Positions 53,810 to 64,000 of a DNA stretch of 64,000 nt are shown one piece after another. Location of the stretch: the NCBI GenBank assembly GCA_000320545.1, contig ADNK01003263.1, positions 17,748 to 81,747 of the forward strand, given 5' to 3'. A program made the position numbers and the translations under genes. The DNA comes from Bigelowiella natans CCMP2755 (taxonomy: Eukaryota; Protista; Cercozoa). The notes beneath the pieces were generated by a model that had not been told where the DNA came from, did not search any database, and was given only the letters and a program-made list of their open reading frames with translations. The number at the start of each line of letters is the position of its first letter. Positions within the stretch are counted from its first letter, which is position 1.

Positions 53810-55785
53810 CACCCCCTTGTTTTGAAGGGGGTTTGTTAGTTGATGTTGCTGTTGCACTACTATTTTCCGTGTGATCATTTATACTAACAGTCATATCGCC
53901 ACCACTTCCTCCTCCTCCTTGTGCTGCTCCGACAGCAAGAACATTAGTGCCTTCTTCTTCACCTACTACTACCGTGATAGACTGTGCGCTAATATTTATT
54001 CTGCGGTGCTCATTATTATTATTATGCTGCGTAGTAGTATTCCTTCTACTACTTGCATTGTATTTGTTATCTGTACGCTGATCTGCTCGTAGTTTGCCTT
54101 TTATCTCCTCGTTACCATCACTACTACCGCTCAAATGTTGAGACGATGTGGTAGTAGGGCTAGTAGTCGATTGATAATTACGTGGACTTCCTCCTCCCTT
54201 AGTATCATATGCCGCAGCAACAACACGAGCAGATGATGATGATACTGCTGATGATGTTGAAAACTCTTTCGTCAGCTTCAGGGCCATACTATTTGCCCTT
54301 CTTCCACGAGTATTAGTACCAGATCCAGAAGTAGGAATGGAGGACTCATTAGCAACTGCTGCTGCTGCTGCTGCTGCTGCTGCTATTTTTGGAGGATTGA
54401 GATCAATACATCGAGCCCACGGTAAAAGAAACGTCAGCGTCCATTCCCAATCGCTGAGCTTTCCTAGTGAATTAAATGATAGGGCAATGACGTTAAGAGC
54501 AAATCCAGGAACATTCCTGGAAAGCATCTCGGATATCTTGATTGCGTGCTCACGTGCAGAAGTCGTTATACCCGACTCAAATGCAAAACTATACTTCTTA
54601 AGTCTTATTTGATCCTGCTCAGAGAAAAGACTCCAATCATGTACGATACATGTCAGCATCTGAAATGTCAAAAATCTAGTGCTTCTTTCTCGAGAACCAA
54701 GGAGGTATAATGAGAGAAATAGCAACTTATCCATATTACGCTCCGCTACATCTCTGAATTCATGGGTAGCTGACCAGGATGAAAAACGTTCATCTCCTAT
54801 CATTTCTGATATTTGTGGACATTGCGGCAAAATTGATAATGGTTTTGTATCTGTTGTAAAAACTTGTAAGATTGCCTTAACACAAAGCTTTGCTTTGCTT
54901 GATTCACCGCTAATAGCCTCTGCCAGAAATTGTGCGAGGAGTTGGGTAGGATGGAAGAACAGCAATAACGACGGTAGAATATGTGCACTTGGCACTTGTA
55001 CACGAATCAATGAGCTAGGAAATCCTTGTACAAATCCAGTACCATCAAATTTATAGTTGGAGTGTATCTCTGCGGCTTTTGTTGCTCCATGGTGAGAGTC
55101 TCCCTTAAACATCTCTAAGAGCATACGATAATTGCCAGGTTTTGAAGGTGCTTGGAAGCTAACTGGTTTCTCCATATCCGATGATGATAATGTTTGATAC
55201 CACAATACTGTTTCACCACCTAACCCTCCTCCTCCTCCTCCTCCTCCTCCTTTCTTTTCATGTATAGTGGAAGATGATGCTACTCCTTTTGTTGTTCTAA
55301 GGGTTACTTGCTGCAACGATAGGCGGTACACCACATCGTGATATACGTGCCTATATTTGGACAAAGTTTTCTCTGCAAAATCTCTGAAATCTACTTGTAC
55401 TAGTTGGCTGGGATGGAGCAATGCCAACTCGTCCCAGTTGTAGATAACACTTACAGAATCATCTGCCTCCCAACCTTTTGTACTTTCTTCGTCGGTCAGC
55501 CATAGAAAATACACATTTTGCTGCACATACGTGCTTACTCTCCGTGCGTATATACATTTTCCAAGACTTGCAAGTTGTCTAAGAGCTTCTAGACACCCAA
55601 CTTTCATTTGATCCATATGTTCCCATTTTTCTTCATCTTGCTGAGAAACGTCAGAGCTTTTCTCAAGATCCTTAAGGAAATCATCAGCTTTTTTGGCTGA
55701 CTTGATCAACCATGCGAATATTCCCCAACGACTATAAGGGCCGAGCCCTATCTTACTGTCTGATTTATCAGTAGTACTACTCATC

Positions 55786-55816
<31 letters not shown>

Positions 55817-56556
55817 TATGATTCCCCCCCCCCTTTTCTTCATCAGGGTCATCAGGATCACTTGGAAGAAGAGGAAACAATTTCTCGAATAGTTTCTCAA
55901 TTCTCTCAGCAGCCGCAGCATTATTCCTTCTTCTTTCCGTAGCAGTAGCAACGTTAGTACTACCTCGCACACCTGGATCCCCCCCCCCACCAGTAGAAGC
56001 AGCAGCAGCAGCAACACTTACTCTTTGTGTCAAATAATGTCCAGTGAACGTAACGGCAATTGACTCACACAAACACTTAACTAACATAATCAAGCATATC
56101 TGGGTATCATACCACTTGCGCTTACCGATCTTATCCTCGGCCCAAAGCTGAATCTTTGTGCTACGAATAAATGTTAGGTAGAGAGTCACTAATTCGTCGC
56201 CAGTGCCAAACCCATTTTTTAACGCATTTCTATGTGTAAATGATGCGGTCAACATCTGCATTGTTTGGGTGATGGTAACTAAAGCCTTCTTGCTTGTTCT
56301 TTTCTTAAGATGATGCGTCTTGAGATTGTTGTAGTGGTCAAGCATATGCTGCAATACAAGCATATGGGCTAAAGGATGACACTCCATAGCTGCAATAGCT
56401 AAGTGTTTCTTGCAATTATCATCATCCTGTAAAGGAAGAAGGAGAAAAATAAGAATAATAATAAAAACCAAACCGCGGACATAAATCAGTCAATAATAAT
56501 AATATTCATCATCATGTACTCATCATGCTCCATCTTTCATATCGATACATGCCCAC

Positions 56557-56647
<91 letters not shown>

Positions 56648-59600
56648 TCACCTACCAGAGTACGATCTAAGACAACATTCCACAAGTTGCCTAGTGTAGA
56701 GACCATCAGACGAAACGAAGGAGTCTTTCTATACACCGTGGGGTTGAACGTCGAGCTTGCTAATTCGTGCACGGATTTCTCGGCCACTCTCGTGCTAATA
56801 ATAAGGATGATGATGCACACAAGTAACAAAAACGGATAATAACGACAAGGCGGCGAAGAGGGAGAGGATGAATGGAGGAAGGAAGAAGAAAAACTCTCAA
56901 TAATTCTCTGCTTCAACCAGTACTACTTCTCATTGCACTTCTTCTTTTACTACTACTTCTTCTTCTATCATAATCATTGTCGTCATGTTGTTGCGTAGTA
57001 ATCATCATCACCATCATCATCATCATCATCATTATCACTATTACAACCTGTCAAACATAGATTGGTTTATCGTTGGCGGCTCCCAAACGAGCGGTGTTCC
57101 AGTAAGTGCAAAAAACATGCCGAATTTTCCTTCAAACATCTCAGGATTTCTAAGAACGGCTGCGGGATCTTTACACCTAACTTTGCACAGGTGCACAAGC
57201 GCAGAATCTGCGGTTAGATGCAGACGGCTATCCACCACTGCACGTGCCAATGCGGACATGACTTGCATGTAGAACTTGGAGTCGTACTCTTGGCAAACGG
57301 CGTATAGATCAATCTCGTGGGAGATACGTTTACCTATGGGTGCCTTGAGCCGAATTCCAAGCTGGTGTATTGCTGAATCAACGATGTGTACGTGATTAAT
57401 TTCCCATACATCTTGTACACATAGGACGGTGTTGGGGTTAATAAGAGTGGCTCCGTTATCTCCAAGTTTTGTGTACACCAACTCACGTATCGTATCCATC
57501 AATCGTATTGCAAAATGGCGGACTGATCTGTCCTCATGGGTAGCAAAGATCAAAGCCAGAGCATCAGCTTCACAGTGCCAAGACAATTCTGGAAACTTTT
57601 TATGTAATTCTTGACAGTCAATGCTACCACTCTCCTCGTTCATCAACTCTTTTCTCACTTGATGATGATGCTGTTGTTGATGATGTTGATATCCATGAAG
57701 AAAATTTGAGTTGCGAGATTTCTGTGAGTAGAAGCTATTTAATGCAGGATTGGGCATTCGTCGTTGTGAAGCTATACGTGACCGCCTTCCATCGAGTTTC
57801 TCATCGTTAGTCAACGCATTGTCTCCACTACTTGCAGATGCATTGTTACTCCATTCCTTAATCAAAGATTCCATTTGTCGTAATACTTCGCAGACATGGC
57901 TTGCAGAGATCATTTTATCGTCGTGAAGCATGGTGATGAAGCATTGTATTATGCACGATCGAAGAATTGGAGCACGGTCTCGCATAATGGCGTGCAGAGA
58001 TTTTGAGGCCGTTAGGGAAAGCATACTTTCCTCATGTAAAGTCAGCCTCCCAGGGAACATTGCAGGATCTGCACCTTTCTCGTCACCTATACAATTCTCT
58101 TGAGTTGGCTGGAAGAATTCGCTAGGTAAAATCTTTGGAAGCAACCGCAAAGCATAAAGGTAAACAAAATGGGGTAAGTTCCTTTTATTTTTCTCAGCAG
58201 CCATCTTCCATATCACTGTCGTTGCATACTGGGATTTATCCAATGTTGGTAACACCAGCTCAGAGAGACGATCAAATGTAATATTACTTGCTTCATCTTG
58301 GCTATTATCTCGAGGCCCACCATGTTCGTTGCTTTTCATTGATGCTAGTGTCAATCCAACTGCTTGCTCGGCACGTACCATCAAAGTGTGAAATACTTCA
58401 ACAATGTGTTGATTTTCAACGAAAAGATCCCTGAGGTTGCTCAAGGTGTACTCCACGCTTGAAGTAGTAGCAGGAGACATCGATACCATGAAGTCTTGAT
58501 ACCCAGACTCTTCTGTCACAAGGCATTCTAAAACACGAAGTGCCAGCAAATGTCTATTTTCGAAGTTACGGCCCCAATTCTTCTTCTTTATGTCCCATTC
58601 TAAGAGATCAAGAAGCAACGTTGATTGCACAACTGAAGGTTCATGACAAGCCATCTGCACTATAATACGCTCACACATTGAGGTTAGTTCAGGTGCAAGC
58701 CCAAAATTCTTATTCTTTTTTGCAAATAGCTTGGAGGCAATCTCGTTGAGATATTTCGGGCTAAGCTTGTAGTAGAGCCTACCAAATCGCTGGAATCCTA
58801 CTTTGAGTGGCTTTCGGCCTTCAAATTTGATCCAAGGCATTCCGTAGTATCTCTCTCCTTCTGCTCCACGAAGAAAATGCAATATAACCGCAAGATGCTC
58901 TGATTTTGTCTTACTACTCTTTACCATTCCTTTCAGTAAATGCAATGACAGAAAATGTTGAATGTTGGCCTTGTAAAAATCTTCATGACTTCGCAGTATT
59001 ATAGTTGCAGCTAACTTCTTAGCATATGTATTATTGTCCACTCTTAGCTCCCTTTTACGGAGGAGAAAGTTGTATAATGACTCGATGACCTCCTTATTCA
59101 TTGTCAACCCTTTAGCAAAATAAATTCCACGCAACATATGCTCTAATGCTATCAATAGTTCTCGTTGAACCATAAGCTGCTGCTCTTTGGATATCCTACT
59201 CCCCAATTTTAGATTCGACTGTAGAAGAATGCATAAGGTGTCCAGCAAGCGTTGTGCTTTTTGCATGCAAATCTCATTGGTGTGGTCAAACTTCAAGAAG
59301 TAGATTCCCCGAAGAAAGTAGCATAGTTCTTCTACTGTCGCCATCTGAAGGTATTAATTAGGGTGACGTCAGTCGAACAAAACCCAATACAACAACAACA
59401 ACAACAACAACATATTTCAAAAAAACAAGCAGCAGCACGAACACTCTAAACCAGAACTATGCACACCACACAGGAAGGACTCAGCAACGTGTCCTGTCTT
59501 TATTCCTACCTTTTCAATCTTGAGAGGTTGCGGAAGTTTCAATTGTTTGCTCTCTTTTACCGCAGATATGGCTAGAGCATAGCGATGATCGTCTATCCAT

Positions 59601-62600
59601 GCTTTAATGGACACCGGGGGAGTCGCTTTGTCAATTTGATACCTAGTTAGAAGGTAATATAGGAAAATTATATCAGAATGAGAAAACAAAAAAGTAGATG
59701 GCTGACGACAACAAGTACAACGATATCCATATTGGACACGAACAACCACACTTTATGGTGGTTGTGGCGGTTGTGGTAGTCATAAAACTAAGATTAGTAT
59801 ATAAAATATTTATACATATATTTATTGATGAAACAAAGCGTGACAATTATAACGATAACATAAATGGTTGCTGAAATCGTGTACAATTGCGTCACCGCCA
59901 TTATTAGTTACTAAATACCATTGTTACTACCACTAAATCGTGCTGATGATTCGAATGTATTCGGATGTAAGAACATCATCAGTGCGTGTGAGATGTGCTA
60001 TTTCAATTGATGCCTTACTATTATTGTGTGGTAGTAGCGGTAATGATAGTATTTCACATGCTGCAAATGTGCGACTACTACTAATAGTGTGTAGTTCATA
60101 TGATGTTGTTTCCTCCTCCTACTTTAGAATGGGAGCAACTGCCAAGCGAAAGAGGGAGCACAAATCTGCAGCTGCAAAAGGGCATATACTCCCAAGAACA
60201 AGTGCCCACTGTGACGCGACAAGGTTGCGAACTTCTTTGATTTTGCTCGGAAACTTATTTTCAGAATAACCGAATTTCCGCATCGCTTTGCGCAACAATG
60301 AGCGGTATGTTCCTTTAATATGGCCTTCTTTGCAATCTTCTTCGGGGGAAAAGTGCTGGAGAGCGGCAAGGAGCACGTCCGTAGCCATAATATTAATCAT
60401 CAGGTCAATCATTTCAATACTCAACTTAGAAAACTCTCCGTTGCTGTTTCTCAGACTTGGAACTAAATCATAGAAACGAGCCCACGTAAACTTTCCTTCT
60501 GCGCTTGCCGTTTTTACTTCTTCTGCATCCGGCACTTCGCCTTCCCTGGGTAATGTTCCGATTACCTTGTAAATTATCCAGATAAAAATCAAAATATCAA
60601 TGATTAATAAAATCGTTGAGGATTAAATAAGAAAAGCAAATGGTGCTAATACCTACCGAACTTCTTACATTAAAAAATGCAGCACATATTCAAAAAACAT
60701 GGAACATTAACTCCTCCTGTCACCCATGTCAGAAGGTGCAGCAGCATGAGTTTCTCTCCAAAGCAATCATAGTTGTGGTATTTGTCTTTAGTGTCGTCGC
60801 ATAGCGGCTGAAAGTCAAATGCTTATTATCATTCACAACCTGTCCAACGGCTACATCCACGCAACAGTCGCATAAAGTAGCAAACTTCACCATAGTATCT
60901 TTATAGAAAGAACAGCTACGTGGAAACACTTTCCGCAATTGGCCTTGCCAGTCGCTCTCGTCGCTTGAGATATTGAAGTTACTAAAAATCACTTCAACGA
61001 TTGAATCAGGCGATTTCATTGTACCACCCTTTTCCGCGAATGACAATCGCTGCTCAAGCGCAGTGGCGACATCTATTAGAAATTTGGAGAGAAGACTACC
61101 AATAATCTCATCGATGGAAACGTGGAGCATAATGCGAGAGGGTGTGGTCATGGCAGCTTTTGTTGCGGTCAGGGTATTCGTAGCTTGTGCGGACGAGCCA
61201 GACTTTGTCTTTTTGCCTGTCTGCTTCATGAAATTGAACTTCATTTCATGAAGAACTTGCAAATTTTTCGCCATTTTTCTATCATAAAAGCGCGATGATT
61301 CTTCCATAACTTTTCGCTCATACTGTAGAGTTTTGTGCAACCTTCTACGGCACCGTAACTCCTTGATTATCGATAGTAGCGCAAACTCAACAGAATCGCA
61401 TGGATTCGAATTGCCTTCCAAGACAGTTGCCTGCAACTTTACATCTTTCATATCATTGAGAAGTCCCGTTTTTTCAACTTCAGGGCCAAGATCATCAGCC
61501 ACTCTGTCGCATAAGTCAAATAGTGATAGATCTGTAGTAGTAGGAGGAGACGAAGAGGAAGAAGAATCTTCACCACAGATTTCGTCTAAGAATTTTTTTA
61601 CGAGGTGATTTGTGTCTCCAAGCTTGACGAGTTTACTGACAGCAGGAAGAAGAGATGCTTTCACAGCTTCTGTACCACGTGTGACTCCATCGCATTTCTC
61701 AAGAGTTCCGCACACAGCACCCGGCACATCCTTCCACGTCGAAGACTTTGGAGAGCCCAAAGTACAAAAATGCGTGACAGACCAAGCATACACTTTACTT
61801 GCCCTGTCCTCAAGATTCTTTGATTCTCGGTACCAAATGAAGAAGATTTTCCCAGTTGGAGCCCCGCATAAGAGCAGATCCTTCATTTCCTGAAGGTCCT
61901 GCGCTGTTCCAAGGAATCCTGAATTAAATTTATCTTGATCTTCAAAGAAGGCTTTGCCTTCATGGAGATTCCATATCATCCTTCCTTTCTGATTTGCGTC
62001 TTCTTTGCCCTGATCACCTAGCTCTTTCTTGTCACTGGCTTTCTTTCCAAATCCCTTTGTAACCCAGAAGTTTACCCTGAGTTTATTTAGATAATATACA
62101 ACAAAATCACAATATTGCCTACATGCAGTCTTTCCAAAAATGATGATGTTTTCAAATCATTATTCAGTATTGTTGTTCTCTTTTTACCAAACAGTCTCTG
62201 TCATCCTTCTCCAGTGTACTACTCTCTTATCGGTATTTCCATTGATCATTTTCTGAAAGGTTCTCAGAAGTGGGTCATCCGGTTGGAGTTTTAGATCATC
62301 TCGAAGCTTCTTATGGTAATGGTAAATTAGCGAGTAGAGATAGGACAATGACGACGTTTTAAATTGCACTGAACATGAGGATGGCTGCCCCATGGCTGAG
62401 TCCACGTCCACGTAGTCATCGGCTCCATTAGTCAAACGGCGAAAGAATATAGAAACTTCCCTGAACTTAGTCTTTAGGTATGGATTTAGTGGGAGCATGT
62501 ATTTCTCTTTCTGGAAAGTCAGTTGATTCGAAAGATTCTGTAGCACCTTGGTGACCATAATGAGTGAATCTCTCACTCTTCTGTGCCGTCCCTGAGCAGT

Positions 62601-64000
62601 TTCTAAGATGTACGGGTTAAAAAACCGCAAGAAAACAAATCCCCCAACGAGACCATCAACCACTTTCTGGTCACCAGGGCATTTTTTACCAGCGACGTCA
62701 GCCAGCATTTTGCAAATTCGACGCATTCCAGAAGTAAGACCAGAGCGCATAATTCGCTGGAGGAAACTTTCACATACCTTAGTGAGAGGCTCAATGCGAT
62801 CTTTAATTATCTGCTTGACTTCATCACTGTCCACTTTGTAAGTTTCTCCTCTTGATGCAAGCTCCATAACCACTGCCATCGGTTTTATCGTCAAATCCTG
62901 GGACGTTACTGAATTTAAGATGAAACTTTCCGAAAGAGTTTCTCTTAATACCCTCTGACAATCTTCCTGTTTGAGGTATGCTGATAGAAGCTTGATTGGT
63001 GGGCAAGCACCGCGAAGAAACGTTGCAATATCAGTGCATTGATCCATCTCATCGTTCAGTGTCCGCTCAAGTAAGTTCAAAAATTGCCTATTCTTGAAAC
63101 AGGACCAATGTTCTATGTACATGTAGTTACAGATCAATGTCATTAGTGTCTTATTGTCCTTTGGGTGTGCTCTTAGTATCTGTAGTAACTGTCCCAAATA
63201 CCGACAGTCGGACATTAAATAATACAGCAACTGAGAGCAATGCTGGAGGCATACTCTATCACCAAGAGATAGAATTTCCGGGTAATCAATATTTCCTACA
63301 TCCTCGGCAAGAGCAAAAGTATCCAAAATGCCCTGGATATCCCCGCTTGTGGAGGCTTTGCTTTTCTGTTGGGCGAAGTCATTCACCAAGTTCTTCAAGC
63401 TTTCTATATCATCTTCCATAAGAGCTACCTGTTTTGCACTCGCAGCAACCTTCATTTGAAGATCCTTAATAATACCATAATCTCTTCCGATTTGGAATTC
63501 TTGTTCTTCGTAGGATGCTATTTTTGCGTACATAATAATACTTCGGACAACCCCTTTTGGATTCTCCTCTTCATCAAATTTCTCGTCCTTGTTTTCATCT
63601 ACACTTTCCTGTCGAATCTCGCTGGAAAGTCCTTTCGGAGCCACAGCTATATTAGGGACACTCTCGCTATTGGTGTTCGTCAATTTGACATCAACAGTAG
63701 AATCTTCATGGGGGCTTTGTGATCTGCTTCCAACTGGGGTCATCCAAACAGTACTGTTTGTGTGCATTGTGTCAATAGGTTGCTTAGTACTTGTATCGAT
63801 AATATTATGTTCCCCAGAATCATTTAATTTGTGATCTAACGTGTTCTCTTCTTCCTCTTCAGGGGGGGGAGGTGGTACGCTAATTCTCCTCTCGTCATCA
63901 TTCTCATCAGTATCATCGGAATCTTCTGTCAAAGGTGGAGCTGGAGGCACATCGTCTTCTTCATTTACACTGCTCTGTATCCCTTCTCCCTGTCCCAGCT
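51303..64000 (-). CDS. FRY: Large RasGAP (IQGAP-like GRD + RasGAP_C-like) fused to a Furry/Mor2/Tao3(Pag1) scaffold; 5'-partial, at least 7 exons
   Basis: RasGAP: FLRGACPPIKLLSAY, LVGGFVFLRFFNPYI, LIMVTKVLQNLSN, KEKYMLPLNPYL. Furry-like blocks in order: GSLLSKFLIDVATALE, VASQWALVLGSI, FLRGIYFLKF, GRLTLHEESMLSLTASKSL, EADALALIFATHEDRSVR, LTFLLPWARCIDL, LLWAATAFLRCD, FTGVLLSLIPG, ILIFLPWL. All six introns are GT-AG with compatible phases. The frame stays open to 64000. Confidence 0.8.

Larger units (their letters stand above)
100..57050. repeat. Pervasive microsatellites (AGT/ACT, GAT/CAT, AAG/TTC, AAC, AT, AG, AC) in introns and exons, producing poly-S/D/E/G/A/H/T tracts
   Basis: Very many runs are visible throughout the THADA, bZIP, OPR, DDX27 and GCP3 genes. 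They are scarce in the intergenic islands, the 2-TM gene and the RasGAP exons. Confidence 0.95.

Overview
Eukaryotic nuclear DNA with many introns and a very high microsatellite density. A secondary-plastid alga such as a chlorarachniophyte is plausible; this is inference from a bipartite-presequence OPR protein and the gene style. I reconstruct eight spliced genes: THADA/Trm732 (+, 5' end unresolved), YKT6 (+), a bZIP-PB1-UBL-SUMO-like protein (-), an OPR-repeat RNA-binding protein (-), DDX27/Drs1 (+), a small 2-TM protein missed by the ORF track (-), gamma-tubulin complex GCP3 (+), and a large RasGAP-Furry/Mor2/Tao3 fusion (-, runs off the window). The most striking signal is intergenic. Five islands next to gene 3' ends carry two mutational signatures that I did not find in the genes. 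(1) TpA dinucleotides are almost completely erased, converted to TpG/CpA, which is the reverse of fungal RIP. (2) More than 35 stereotyped micro-insertions have the form NNNN-CTAG-NNNN: a 4-bp (sometimes 5-bp) target duplication around a constant CTAG, sometimes nested. A local tandem repeat gives an internal with/without-insertion comparison that supports both processes. All counts and alignments were done by eye and need computational confirmation.
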